Below, in pieces: positions 8,731 to 18,292 of a stretch of DNA of 47,948 nt (positions are counted from its first letter, which is position 1; the number at the start of each line of letters is the position of its first letter). Origin of the DNA: an uncultured Eubacteriales bacterium (GTDB taxonomy: Bacteria > Bacillota > Clostridia > Christensenellales > CAG-138); assembly GCA_902794055.1 (NCBI GenBank), contig CADBGC010000001.1, forward strand, positions 1 through 47,948, given 5' to 3'. A model generated the notes under the pieces. It had not been told where the DNA came from and searched no databases. It was given only the letters and a program-made list of their open reading frames with translations. The translations under genes and the position numbers were made by a program.

Positions 8731-8775
8731 GCAGACACCGCAAATTCGATTCGCGGTGTCTGCGCATTTATTTAG
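8731..8775 (+). terminator. rho-independent terminator of the cassette
   Basis: GCAGACACCGC (8731-8741) pairs with GCGGTGTCTGC (8753-8763), an 11-bp stem followed by a T-rich GCATTTATTTA. Confidence 0.6.
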
Positions 8776-8814
8776 TGGAAGTATCCTGCTATCAAGATTA
8801 CTACACCTTAAACT

Positions 8815-8961
8815 TTTTGGCAAATTTCGTTTTAGCGCTTTTTGGCGGCAGATGATCGCCCAATTATTCTTTTATTATTTTTTTAGCAGAATCGTAAACC
8901 AAAAGGCATCCTAGTGCGTTCTATTTAATGGAGTGAGCTTCATGTGTAACTTCGACCTCCA
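8815..8961 (+). repeat. direct repeat R2 flanking the AT-rich cassette
   Basis: See R1 (5985-6130). Same orientation, about three quarters identical by eye, with several perfect blocks. Confidence 0.75.
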
Positions 8962-9046
8962 AAACCGTTTATAAGCGCTGCGTGGTGCGAGGACCACGCA
9001 GCGAAGGACGAACCCACCTGTTCGCCGGAACGGATAGATGACAAAG

Positions 9047-9081
9047 CCCGCCGCACGGAATATGCGGCGGGTTTTAGTTTT
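9047..9081 (+). terminator. strong hairpin terminator (T-tract on the plus strand; may also serve clpB in reverse)
   Basis: CCCGCCGCA (9047-9055), loop CGGAATA, TGCGGCGGG (9063-9071), then TTTTAGTTTT. Confidence 0.6.
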
Positions 9082-9116
9082 AAAAATGAAGCTTGCTGCG
9101 GATAATGAAGGAATTT

Positions 9117-9145
9117 AGGAAGAAATTCGCGCGGAATTTCTTCCT
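9117..9145. repeat. solo hairpin-1 module of the composite repeat family (copy E)
   Basis: AGGAAGAAATTC-GCGCG-GAATTTCTTCCT forms a perfect 12-bp stem. It has the same GAAATTC/GAATTTC core as copies A-C. Confidence 0.6.
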
Positions 9146-9171
9146 GTTTTTCGTTTATCTTCAGCAAAAGC

Positions 9172-11754
9172 TTACCGCACCTTAAATTCCCCGTCCTTAT
9201 AGTCCACGGTCACGGTGCTGCCCTCCTCGGGGCTTTCGGCGATTATAAACCGCGCTATAAGGCTTTCGATGCGCCCCTGGATAAAGCGCTTGATGGGCCT
9301 TGCGCCGAAGAGCGGATCGGTGCCGTTTTCGAGAATGGCGGTCTTCGCCGCATCGGTCACGGCAAGCTCCAGCCTGCGTTCGCTCATGCGGCGGGCAAGG
9401 TCACGAAGCTGCAGGTCGATTATGCCGCGCATATTCTCGCTTGTCAGCGCGCGGAAGTAAACGATCTCATCGAGCCTGTTTATAAACTCGGGGCGGAACT
9501 TGGATTTGAGAAGCTTATTTAAAAGTTCCTGCGTTTCGTCCGTCAGCTCGCCCTGCTCCATCTCGGAGAGGATAAGGTCGCTGCCGAGGTTCGATGTCAA
9601 AATGATGATCGTGTTCTTGAAGTCCACGGTGCGCCCCTGCCCGTCGGTTATCCTGCCGTCGTCGAGCACCTGCAAAAGCACGTTCAGCACGTCCGGATGC
9701 GCCTTTTCGACCTCATCAAAAAGCAATACCGCGTAAGGCTTTCTGCGCACCGCCTCGGTGAGCTGGCCGCCCTCGTCGTAGCCAACGTAGCCCGGAGGAG
9801 CGCCGATCAGACGGGAAACGGAATACTGCTCCATGTACTCGCTCATGTCGATGCGCACCATGCTTCTTTCGTCGTCGAACAGGGCTTCTGCGAGCGCCTT
9901 GCACAGCTCGGTTTTACCCACGCCCGTGGGACCCATGAACAGGAACGAGCCGATCGGGCGGTTCGGGTTCTGGATGCCCGCGCGCGAGCGCAGGATCGCA
10001 TCGCAAACGCGGCGCACGGCCTCATCCTGCCCGATTATGCGGCGGTGGAGCTGCTCATCAAGGCGGAGCAGCTTCTTTCTTTCGCTCTCAAGCAGCTTGG
10101 AAACGGGGATGCCCGTCCACCGCGCCACGATCTTCGCTATCTCCTCGGAGGAAACGTGGTCACGAAGCAGGCTGTTTTCGCGCTCCGCGCCCTTCTTCTC
10201 CTCCTCGGCAAGCTCCTTTTGAAGAATCGGCAGCTCGCCGTACTTGAGCTTGGCGGCGAGGTTCAGATCGTAATCGCTCTCCGCCTTCTGGATCTCGGCA
10301 TTGACCTGTTCGATGCGCTCGCGAAGCTGCTGCACCCTGCCGATGGCGTTCTTCTCGTTTTCCCATTTCGCCTTCATCTCGTTGAGTTTTTCGCGCTGAC
10401 GGGCGAGCTCCTCGCGTATCTCGCCAAGATGCTCTACGGTGTGCGAATCGGTATCGTTTTTAAGCGCCTGCTCCTCTATCTCGAGCTGCATTATGCGCCT
10501 TGAAATTTCGTCCATCTCGCTCGGCATCGAGTTCATCTCGGTCTTGATCAGCGCGCAGGCCTCGTCCACAAGGTCGATCGCCTTATCGGGCAGGAAACGA
10601 TCCGAAATATACCTATCCGAAAGCGTGGCGGCGGCGATCAGCGCACCGTCGTGTATCTTCACGCCGTGATAGACCTCGTAGCGCTCCTTCAAGCCGCGCA
10701 AAATGGAGATCGTATCCTCCACGCTCGGCTCGGCAACCGTCACGGGCTGAAAACGCCGCTCGAGCGCCGCGTCCTTCTCGATGTACTTGCGGTACTCATC
10801 GAGCGTAGTGGCACCGATGCAGTGCAGCTCGCCGCGCGCCAGCATCGGCTTCAGGATATTGCCCGCATCCATCGCGCCGTCGGTCTTGCCCGCGCCGACG
10901 ATGGTATGAAGCTCATCTATGAACAGGATAATTTTGCCGTCACTCTGCTTTATTTCATTCAGAACGGCCTTGAGCCTTTCCTCGAATTCGCCGCGGTACT
11001 TCGCGCCGGCGACCAGCGCACCCATATCGAGCGCGAAGAGCTTTCTGTCCTTGAGGTTATCTGGTACGTCGCCGCGCACAATCCTCTGCGCCAGCCCCTC
11101 GGCGATGGCGGTCTTGCCCACGCCCGGTTCACCGATAAGGCAGGGGTTGTTCTTGGTTTTCCTCGAAAGAATGCGGATAACGCTTCTTATCTCATTATCC
11201 CTGCCGATAACGGGGTCGAGCTTCTGCTTTTTCGCAAGCTCGGTCAGATCCTGCCCGTATTTATTCAGCACGTCGTAGGTGCTCTCGGGATTGTCGCTGT
11301 TTATGCGGGTGTTGCCGCGCACCTGCCTCAGCACGGTCAGATAGGCGTTTCGCTCGATATTGAACCTCTTAAACAGCGGCTTCAGCACGCCGTCCGCCTT
11401 CTCGATGAGGCCGAGCATGATGTGCTCCACCGAGATATAGCTGTCTCCCATCGCCTTGGCTTCGTCCTCTGCGCGGTTCAGCGCGGAATTCAGCTCGCTT
11501 GTGATATAGAGCTGCCCGCCGCTCCCGCCGCCGTAGCTCGCCTGCTTCTTGAGCTCGGCCTCGACAGCGGCGCGGAATGCGTTCATCTCAACGCCCATCG
11601 CGGTCAAAAGCTGCGCGTTCAGATCGTCCGCATCGTTCGTCAGCGCGTACAGGGCGTGTATCTGCCCCACCTGCGTATGCCTGCGCTCCTCGGCAAGCCT
11701 CTGCGCCTGATTCAAAGTTTCAAGCGTCTTCTGTGTCATTTTCTCTGCGTTCAT
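9172..11754 (-). CDS. clpB: ATP-dependent chaperone/disaggregase ClpB
   Basis: Two AAA+ modules ([10 protein letters not shown] and [10 protein letters not shown] Walker A), a long coiled-coil M-domain and a Clp N-domain. ATG 11754 lies 6 nt after GAGGTG; the ORF track started at GTG 11763. Confidence 0.95.
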   Translation of the reverse strand: MNAEKMTQKTLETLNQAQRLAEERRHTQVGQIHALYALTNDADDLNAQLLTAMGVEMNAFRAAVEAELKKQASYGGGSGGQLYITSELNSALNRAEDEAKAMGDSYISVEHIMLGLIEKADGVLKPLFKRFNIERNAYLTVLRQVRGNTRINSDNPESTYDVLNKYGQDLTELAKKQKLDPVIGRDNEIRSVIRILSRKTKNNPCLIGEPGVGKTAIAEGLAQRIVRGDVPDNLKDRKLFALDMGALVAGAKYRGEFEERLKAVLNEIKQSDGKIILFIDELHTIVGAGKTDGAMDAGNILKPMLARGELHCIGATTLDEYRKYIEKDAALERRFQPVTVAEPSVEDTISILRGLKERYEVYHGVKIHDGALIAAATLSDRYISDRFLPDKAIDLVDEACALIKTEMNSMPSEMDEISRRIMQLEIEEQALKNDTDSHTVEHLGEIREELARQREKLNEMKAKWENEKNAIGRVQQLRERIEQVNAEIQKAESDYDLNLAAKLKYGELPILQKELAEEEKKGAERENSLLRDHVSSEEIAKIVARWTGIPVSKLLESERKKLLRLDEQLHRRIIGQDEAVRRVCDAILRSRAGIQNPNRPIGSFLFMGPTGVGKTELCKALAEALFDDERSMVRIDMSEYMEQYSVSRLIGAPPGYVGYDEGGQLTEAVRRKPYAVLLFDEVEKAHPDVLNVLLQVLDDGRITDGQGRTVDFKNTIIILTSNLGSDLILSEMEQGELTDETQELLNKLLKSKFRPEFINRLDEIVYFRALTSENMRGIIDLQLRDLARRMSERRLELAVTDAAKTAILENGTDPLFGARPIKRFIQGRIESLIARFIIAESPEEGSTVTVDYKDGEFKVR

Positions 11755-11858
11755 ATTACTCACCTCACAAAAGGTTATTTTAACGTATTCATCGGAAAGC
11801 TATGCTTTGCCCGGCTATTTCTTTCGGCTCTAGCATACCGCTTATCGCCGCGCCGTTG

Positions 11859-11885
11859 TTAGCACTCTCTTTCCTTGAGTGCTAA
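11859..11885. promoter_or_regulatory. CIRCE element (HrcA operator) upstream of clpB
   Basis: Perfect TTAGCACTC-N9-GAGTGCTAA, immediately downstream (minus strand) of a TATAAT at 11892-11887 and ~105 nt upstream of the clpB ATG. Confidence 0.85.
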
Positions 11886-12029
11886 CATTATAACTCTTTC
11901 CGCGTGGTTTGTGTAGCTTGTTCACAGCTTTGTTCATGCAAATACACAAGTTTGACACAATTCGCCGCTTTCTTGCGCAAAAAAAGCGGTGCATGGGGCT
12001 GCACCGCAAGTTTTGGATCGTAATGATCG

Positions 12030-12443
12030 TTAGGAATGCTTCTGAACCGCATCGTCCACGCCGGGGATCGCCGCACTCTTGCCCTTGAGCGCAAGGAATG
12101 CCAGCACGAGAAACGCGGCGTAGCGCACAACGGTGATCGCATCGTCGAGGAAGCTTTGGATCCTGATAAGGGTTGAATAGTTGAAGCTGGACTTGAAGAT
12201 GCCGATGAAGCTGTTTATCGCCTCGAAAACGCCGGGAACGAAAGCGATAACATAGGTCAGCGCAGTCAGGAACACGTGGATCACGAGCGCCTTGATCGCC
12301 GATTTGCGCAGCCATTCGTCATCCTCACGAATGAGCACGTAGCCCGCCGCGATGACTAACGCCACGGTGTTGCCGAAAAGTCCGAGCAAATACACGATGG
12401 CGGCAAGCAGATTGGCCGAGATTCCGAGTTTTGATTTGTTCAT
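12030..12443 (-). CDS. small polytopic membrane protein, unknown function
   Basis: ORF 12030-12545 (TTG). ATG 12443 (MNKSKLG) is preferred. Four hydrophobic helices and no recognised motif. Confidence 0.45.
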   Translation of the reverse strand: MNKSKLGISANLLAAIVYLLGLFGNTVALVIAAGYVLIREDDEWLRKSAIKALVIHVFLTALTYVIAFVPGVFEAINSFIGIFKSSFNYSTLIRIQSFLDDAITVVRYAAFLVLAFLALKGKSAAIPGVDDAVQKHS

Positions 12444-12595
12444 TCCTCTTACCTTGCAGCGCCCGATACGGAGCGCCGCATCCTTCCTGTTTATTTCGGA
12501 GAGCTTCTCCACATGCAGTATATCATAGATAGGTTCAATCGTCAATATTAATCAAAACTGCCCGCTCTATACGTGGCGATCGGCATTTCTCCGCT

Positions 12596-12640
12596 CCCAA
12601 AAGCCGAAAACCGCCCGAGCATTTTCGGGCGGCCTTCGGC
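12596..12640 (-). terminator. terminator of the large secreted-protein gene
   Basis: Nested hairpin: GCCGAA/TTCGGC around CCGCCCGA-GCATTT-TCGGGCGG (12611-12632). The minus strand is followed by CTTTTGGG. Confidence 0.55.
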
Positions 12641-12715
12641 TTTGATATTGAGTTGGACTAACTAAAGTATTGTGTTTTAAGCTGTCGCGCGCGCTCGGCT
12701 TGGCTCATTCGCCCG

Positions 12716-15700
12716 TTACTTCGCCACGTTGGTGATGGTAACGCTGAATTGGCCGTTGTTTGTCGAGCTGTAATTGCCGCTTGCGAGAATGCTTTCGGGG
12801 TAGTTGGGTGTCCAGCTGTCAAGATTCAGCCAATTCTCTACGAGGTAGTAGGCGTTTGAATCGAGCACGGGCTTGCCGTTCTGATAGATAACGTTGCCGT
12901 TCGCATCCTTGAGGAAGACCCTGGGAAGGAAGGTGTTTTCGGAGCCGTCGTTGGTGTAGGCGGTGGACTTGAAGGTGCCCCTGAAATTATTGGCGCTGCT
13001 CAGAATAAGGGTGGAGATGACCTCGTCCTGCCCGTTGCCGCGCTTCATGAGCTTTACCTCGAGCTGTGCGCCTGCGGGAGCGCTGACACTGCCGCCGCCC
13101 GCATTCTTCCACGCGATGTTGACGTTGATCCTCGCCATCGCCCAGCGGTGACGGAGCTCGAAGCGGAAATTGTTTCCGGAGGTGTTCACAAGATTGTTTT
13201 CGGTGAGCAGCCAGCGGGAATCCGCATTCACGACCTTAACGGTGTAGTTGATAGCGTTGCCGTTTTCATCGAACTTCGGAATATTCGTCCAGCTCGCCCG
13301 ATCGTCCCAATTCTTGTTGCCGCCGAAGGGGTTGGAGAAGGTCTGAACACTGCCCGTGGGCTGACCGTTTGCAAGGAGCTGATAGCTGATGCTGCGGGGG
13401 ATATGCTTATCCTCACCGTTGCCCCATTCGGTATTGTTGTCCATGCTGACGAAGCGATTTACGATGCTGAAGTTCAGGTACTCCTGCTGCACGGCAGCGG
13501 TGGTGCCGAATACCCTGATCTCGGCCGCGCTCATGTACTTGTTTACGTCCGCGCTGCTGCTGCCGTAGGTGGTAACGCCCTCAAGCTTAACGAACTTCGC
13601 CATGACGGGGGTTTCGAAGTAAACGGTCTTGAGCGCATTGTCGTTGGACCATGTTCCGCTGCTTACGGCCGTCCATGATCTGCCGTCCATGCTGGTGTAG
13701 ATCTTATAGTTGTTTACCCTGCCGTTGACCGCAGTCATGCGAGGCTGGTACTCATACCTGCTGACCTGCGCGGGAGCAGCAAGCTCAAGCGTGATATAGC
13801 GCTCCTCAAGGGGCGATGCGTAGCGATGCCTGGTGTGCCACATGGTGTCGTTGCTGCCGTCGATCGCCTTCTCCCTGCCTTCGCCGTTCGCAAGCTGCTC
13901 GGTGGCGACACTGATGCCGCTTATTTCAAGCTTGTTGCTCGGATCGTTGCTCGGCTCGGTTTCGGGGCGGAATACCCTGATCTCAGCCGCGTTCATATAC
14001 ATATTAGCTTCGCCGCCGCTGTTGCCGTAGGTGGTAACGCCCTCGAGCTTAACGAACTTCGCCAGAACGGGGTTTGCGAATTCAACTTTCTTGAGCGTGT
14101 TGTTATTCGCCCAGCTGCCGCTGCTCACCTCGGTCCAGGATTTGCCGTCCGTGCTGACGGAGAGCCTGTACTGGTTTACCCTGCCGTTGCTGCCGTTGCC
14201 GGACTGATACTCATACCTGCCGATATAGGTGGGCTCGAGGAGCTCAACGGTGATGTAGCGCTCGGATGCGGGCGCAGCATAGTGCCACTTGGTGTGCCAG
14301 AGAGTGTTGTTGTTGCCGTCGAAGGCCTTTTCCCTGCCCTCGCCGCCTTGCTCGGAAGCTACGTTCACGCTGCTTACGCCGACCTGATAGTTGACGTTGC
14401 CGAAGAGCCTGATCTCGGCCGCGCTCATATACATATTCGCTTCGCCGCTGCTGTTGCCGTGGGTGGTAACGCCCTCGAGCTTAACGAATTTTGCCACAAC
14501 GGGGTTCTCGAATTCAACGGTCTTGAGCGCGCTGTTGTTCGCCCAATTGCCGGTGCTTACCTGGGTCCAGTTCTGACCGTCCGAGCTGATCGAGATCTTA
14601 TAGTTGTTTACCCTGCCGTTGCTCGCGGTCAGGCGGGGCTGATACTCAAACCTCTTGATCGCCTCGTAGGCGTTGAGCTCGATGGTGATGTAGCGCTCGG
14701 ATGCGGGCGCAGCATAGCCGTGCTTGGTGTGCCAAATGGTGTTGTTGTTGCCGTCGATGACCTTCGCCTTGTCCTCGCCGTTCTGCTCGGAAGCAACGGT
14801 CAGGTTGCGAACGCCGAGCTGAACGAAGCCGTCCTGATCGGGGGTGTGCGCGGGAGTGGGGGCGGGAGTGGGGGTCGGGACCGCCGTGGGAACGGGGGTG
14901 GGGTCGGGCATGGTGCCCACGTTGTGAAGTCTCCATTCGCAGTATACGGTCTGCGGGGCATCCGCATTTGCGGGGAACGGGTCAACTTCGCTCATGATGA
15001 TCTGATAAGCCTTTGAAACGGATACGGGAACGGTGTAGCCGTGCCTATTGACCATATTCTTATAAGCCTGAGCAACCGTGTTGCCGCTCATCATCTCGTT
15101 CCAGAAGGTTTTGCCCGAGGTGATAACGCCAAGGTGGCTGGGGTCCTTAGAATAGCCGTAAACCGCTGACGCGCCGGCCGCAATAAGCGCTCTGCCGGTG
15201 GTTCCGTTGCCGTCCTGCTTCATGCCGAAGCAGGAAGCGAGGTGGACAAAGCAGTTGGAAAGCCTGCCGTTGATATGGCCCTGTATGAACCTGCCGTCGA
15301 TATAGGCGATGTTGCCGTTGTATGCGGCCCAGCCCTTTGCGTAGTCATCGCTGGTAATGCCGTCGAAGGTGGTGAGGGTCAGATAGGTGGTGCCGTTGCC
15401 GTAGGAGCCGTGGGTATCGAAGATCACCACGCCCTTATTCTTGATGTGGTTAACGATGTTTGCGGCGGATGCCTGAGTGGACTGCAGAAGCGTGTAGCTG
15501 CCGCCGGTCGAATTTGCTATGCTTTGAGCTACTTTTTTGAAGTTGGTAAGATTGTACGCTACGTCGTGGCCGTAGTAGGGGCCGACGAGCAGAACGTTCC
15601 TTGAGTAGGGGCCGTTGTGTCCTTTGGTTACGGAAACTTCGGGATCCTTGCCCGCGGTGATAACGATCTTCTCGGTGTCCTGAGCACTCGGATCGTCAAC

Positions 15701-16042
15701 TCTTTCGAGCTCGTTGCGAAGGTGGTAGTTGTATGCGCAGAGCATACCGTCAACGCTGAAGAAGAAGCCGTCTTCGGTGAAATCGCCGAAGCTGTCCAAG
15801 CTCGTGTCCTTGAAGTTCAGCGCGGCCTGGTAGGCGGCGTTGATGACCTCTTTGCGGGAAAGACCAGCCGCGATGGCTTTCGCCTCTGCGGCCTCGATCT
15901 GCTGCCAGGCTTTTTCAAGCTTGCTCATCTGCCTGTTCTCACGCGTTACCGCGTGAAAGCCTTCGGCAAGCGAAAAAGCGGGGATCGCAGCGACGATCAT
16001 GAGGATCGCTATCGCTGCAGCGATGAGTCTCCTTGTTTTCAT
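12716..16042 (-). CDS. secreted multidomain protein: N-terminal clan-CD-like (HGS...SC) peptidase-like region, 3 x F5/8 type C (discoidin) domains, C-terminal Ig/Cna-B-like region
   Basis: Start ATG 16042 (MKTRRLI) follows GGAGG. Signal peptide, VVIFDTHGSYG and HLASCFG, a PT linker, three ~145-aa repeats (DGNNNT(I/L)WHTK...ERYIT(I/V)EL...AKFVKLEGVTT...AAEIR(L/V)F), then a beta-rich tail. Confidence 0.7.
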   Translation of the reverse strand: MKTRRLIAAAIAILMIVAAIPAFSLAEGFHAVTRENRQMSKLEKAWQQIEAAEAKAIAAGLSRKEVINAAYQAALNFKDTSLDSFGDFTEDGFFFSVDGMLCAYNYHLRNELERVDDPSAQDTEKIVITAGKDPEVSVTKGHNGPYSRNVLLVGPYYGHDVAYNLTNFKKVAQSIANSTGGSYTLLQSTQASAANIVNHIKNKGVVIFDTHGSYGNGTTYLTLTTFDGITSDDYAKGWAAYNGNIAYIDGRFIQGHINGRLSNCFVHLASCFGMKQDGNGTTGRALIAAGASAVYGYSKDPSHLGVITSGKTFWNEMMSGNTVAQAYKNMVNRHGYTVPVSVSKAYQIIMSEVDPFPANADAPQTVYCEWRLHNVGTMPDPTPVPTAVPTPTPAPTPAHTPDQDGFVQLGVRNLTVASEQNGEDKAKVIDGNNNTIWHTKHGYAAPASERYITIELNAYEAIKRFEYQPRLTASNGRVNNYKISISSDGQNWTQVSTGNWANNSALKTVEFENPVVAKFVKLEGVTTHGNSSGEANMYMSAAEIRLFGNVNYQVGVSSVNVASEQGGEGREKAFDGNNNTLWHTKWHYAAPASERYITVELLEPTYIGRYEYQSGNGSNGRVNQYRLSVSTDGKSWTEVSSGSWANNNTLKKVEFANPVLAKFVKLEGVTTYGNSGGEANMYMNAAEIRVFRPETEPSNDPSNKLEISGISVATEQLANGEGREKAIDGSNDTMWHTRHRYASPLEERYITLELAAPAQVSRYEYQPRMTAVNGRVNNYKIYTSMDGRSWTAVSSGTWSNDNALKTVYFETPVMAKFVKLEGVTTYGSSSADVNKYMSAAEIRVFGTTAAVQQEYLNFSIVNRFVSMDNNTEWGNGEDKHIPRSISYQLLANGQPTGSVQTFSNPFGGNKNWDDRASWTNIPKFDENGNAINYTVKVVNADSRWLLTENNLVNTSGNNFRFELRHRWAMARINVNIAWKNAGGGSVSAPAGAQLEVKLMKRGNGQDEVISTLILSSANNFRGTFKSTAYTNDGSENTFLPRVFLKDANGNVIYQNGKPVLDSNAYYLVENWLNLDSWTPNYPESILASGNYSSTNNGQFSVTITNVAK
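13505..14830 (-). repeat. three tandem ~440-nt coding repeats (F5/8-type-C domain units)
   Basis: Unit boundaries lie near 14397 and 13965, marked by recurring GATCAGG(G/C)T..TTCGG (EIR(L/V)F) ends. The units are clearly homologous at both protein and DNA level. Confidence 0.7.
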
Positions 16043-16525
16043 TTTTGACCTCCATTGTTCTGAACTCGTGAACCGTCGATATATTTTTTTGTGCGTGGTG
16101 CGAGATACCACTATGAGTTCATGTTTTGAATTTTATCAAATGCAAATGGATTTGTCAAGCATTTTTTCAATATTTATAAGAAAAATTTTTACTATCATTT
16201 TTCGTTTTCGGCAAAAATTTTATGCAGTATCAGCAAGGTTTACAAAGTACATTTTTCATTTTTAACTCATTAAAGGTATATTGTATCTCGAATTTTGTCA
16301 AAAATATGTCCTTCTAAAAGCCGCCGAACCTTCAAAAAAACGCCTTTCGTGCACGATTTTTTCCGCTTTTCCGCTTCTGCGGCAGCAGCTCGATTGAAAT
16401 TTCGGCAGCGAAGAACATTATATTTTCCGCCTCGGAAGCCGATAACGGTCGGAATCCGCCAAAGCGGGGCGGCTTGATGTAATACAATATATCGCCCTCC
16501 CCCGCCGTTTTCCCATCTCGAAACC

Positions 16526-16554
16526 TTGACTGCGCCGCGTCAAAATGATATAAT
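16526..16554 (+). promoter_or_regulatory. rny promoter (extended -10)
   Basis: TTGACT (16526-16531), a 17-nt spacer, then TGA TATAAT (16546-16554). Confidence 0.6.
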
Positions 16555-16662
16555 AGTACGAATGCTTGTATGTTGGCGCAGTAGTCGCTGAATATTGCTT
16601 AATTGTTTTTGAAAAGACTGCTGCGGGGCATTGCATTTAATATATATAGGAGGTAGAATTCT

Positions 16663-18216
16663 GTGCCCACATGGTTACAATACGTGCTTCCCGTGCTTGC
16701 ACTGCTCATCGGCGCTGCCGCCGGTGCCTTCGGGATCCACATGTATGATAAGCATAATGCAGAATCCAAGGTCGCCGAAGCCGATCAGATGGTCAAAAAG
16801 ATGATCGACGACGCGCAGAAGCGAGCCGAAACCATCAAGAAAGAAACCTTGCTCGAAGCGAAAGAAGAGGTCTATCGCCTCAAGAGCGAAACCGAACGCG
16901 AAAACAAGGAACGCAGGAAGGAGCTGCAGCGCGCCGAAAGCCGTTTGCAGCAGAAGGAAGAAAGCTTCGACAAGAAGCAGGAAGGGCTTGAACAGCGCGA
17001 GCAGCAGCTCAACAAGCGCCTCAAGGCCATCGATGCCAAGGAAGCCGAGATCGACCAGCTCCACGAGCAGAAGAAGGCCGAGCTCGAGCGCGTTGCCTGC
17101 ATGACGCAGGACGAGGCAAAGAACGTGCTTCTTGCAAACGTTGAGAAGGACGCGCGCCACGAGGCCGCCGTCATAATCCGCGATATCGAAGCCAAGACCA
17201 AGGCCGAGGCGGACAGGCGAGCCACCAACATCATCTCGATGGCGATCCAGCGCTGCGCAGCCGACCACGTTGCCGAAGCCACCGTTTCCGTAGTCGCTCT
17301 TCCGAACGACGAAATGAAGGGCAGGATCATCGGCCGCGAGGGCAGAAACATCCGCACCCTTGAGACCGCAACGGGCGTTGATCTGATCATCGACGACACG
17401 CCCGAGGCCGTCATCCTCTCCGGCTTCGACCCGATGCGCCGCGAGATCGCCCGCATCGCCCTTGAAAAGCTGATCCTCGACGGGCGAATCCATCCCGCAA
17501 GGATCGAGGAAATGGTCGAAAAGGCCCGCAAAGAGGTCGAAACGCAGATCCGCGAGGCCGGCGAACAGGCCGTCTTCGAGGTCGGCATCCACGGCCTGCA
17601 CCCCGAGCTCGTAAGGCTCCTCGGCAGGCTCCGCTACCGCACCAGCTACGGTCAGAACGTGCTCAAGCACTCGATCGAGGTCGCCCATCTCTGCGGACTT
17701 ATGGCAACCGAGCTTGGCGTGAACGTTCAGCTCGCAAAGCGCGCAGGCCTTCTGCACGACATCGGCAAGGCCGTTGACCACGAGATGGAAGGCACCCACA
17801 ACCAGATCGGCGCCGATCTTGCGAAGAAATATCGCGAAAACAACCAGATCGTGCACTGTATCCTCGCCCACCATGGCGACGTGGACCCCGGAACGGTCGA
17901 AGCTGTGCTCGTTCAGGCGGCGGACGCGATCAGCGCAGCCCGTCCCGGCGCAAGGCGCGAAACGCTTGAAAACTACATCAAGCGCCTTGAAAAGCTTGAG
18001 GAGATCGCAAACTCCTTCGACGGCGTTGACAAGAGCTTCGCTATCCAGGCCGGCCGCGAGGTGCGCATAATGGTCAAGAGCGAAACCGTTTCCGACACGG
18101 ATATAATCGTCGTCGCGAAGGACATCGTGAAGCGCATCGAGGCCGAGCTCGAGTATCCCGGACAGATCAAGGTCAACGTCATCAGGGAAACGAGAGCCAC
18201 CGAGTACGCGAAGTAA
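16663..18216 (+). CDS. rny: ribonuclease Y
   Basis: 517 aa. N-terminal TM helix, Lys/Glu-rich coiled coil, KH domain ([15 protein letters not shown]) and HD domain (LLHDIGKA...HH). GTG start 9 nt after AGGAGG. Confidence 0.95.
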   Translation: MPTWLQYVLPVLALLIGAAAGAFGIHMYDKHNAESKVAEADQMVKKMIDDAQKRAETIKKETLLEAKEEVYRLKSETERENKERRKELQRAESRLQQKEESFDKKQEGLEQREQQLNKRLKAIDAKEAEIDQLHEQKKAELERVACMTQDEAKNVLLANVEKDARHEAAVIIRDIEAKTKAEADRRATNIISMAIQRCAADHVAEATVSVVALPNDEMKGRIIGREGRNIRTLETATGVDLIIDDTPEAVILSGFDPMRREIARIALEKLILDGRIHPARIEEMVEKARKEVETQIREAGEQAVFEVGIHGLHPELVRLLGRLRYRTSYGQNVLKHSIEVAHLCGLMATELGVNVQLAKRAGLLHDIGKAVDHEMEGTHNQIGADLAKKYRENNQIVHCILAHHGDVDPGTVEAVLVQAADAISAARPGARRETLENYIKRLEKLEEIANSFDGVDKSFAIQAGREVRIMVKSETVSDTDIIVVAKDIVKRIEAELEYPGQIKVNVIRETRATEYAK

Positions 18217-18238
18217 GCGGAAAACCGAATACAAACCG

Positions 18239-18268
18239 AAACCGCCCCGGGAAACCGAGGCGGTTTTT
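18239..18268 (+). terminator. rny terminator
   Basis: AACCGCC (18240-18246) pairs with GGCGGTT (18259-18265), followed by TTT. Confidence 0.6.
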
Positions 18269-18292
18269 CCATTATGCCAGTATTTTGCTTTT

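Noticed and set aside
6136-8815. The AT-rich cassette considered as a prophage, ICE or integron fragment
   Set aside because: It has no integrase, recombinase, structural or conjugation genes and no attC-like element that I recognise, only two ORFs with their own promoter and terminator. I treat it as a small cargo island.
8690-9167. The 74-aa (+) and 75-aa (-) ORFs between the HD gene and clpB
   Set aside because: They run through a terminator hairpin, repeat R2 and further hairpins. There is no SD and no coding-like composition.
11842-12315. 157-aa and 84-aa minus-strand ORFs between clpB and the small membrane protein
   Set aside because: They overlap the CIRCE/promoter region and the out-of-frame 3' part of the membrane-protein gene. 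Arg/Cys-rich composition and no SD.
16675-18234. 519-aa ORF fully antisense to rny (the same applies to 10651-11862 opposite clpB, 13826-15016 opposite the discoidin protein, 32514-33965 opposite the ABC exporter, and 37503-38585 opposite the M48 gene)
   Set aside because: These are the typical long stop-free antisense frames of high-GC coding DNA. The translations are low-complexity (Arg/Ala/Gly/Leu-rich) while the opposite strands encode unmistakable proteins.
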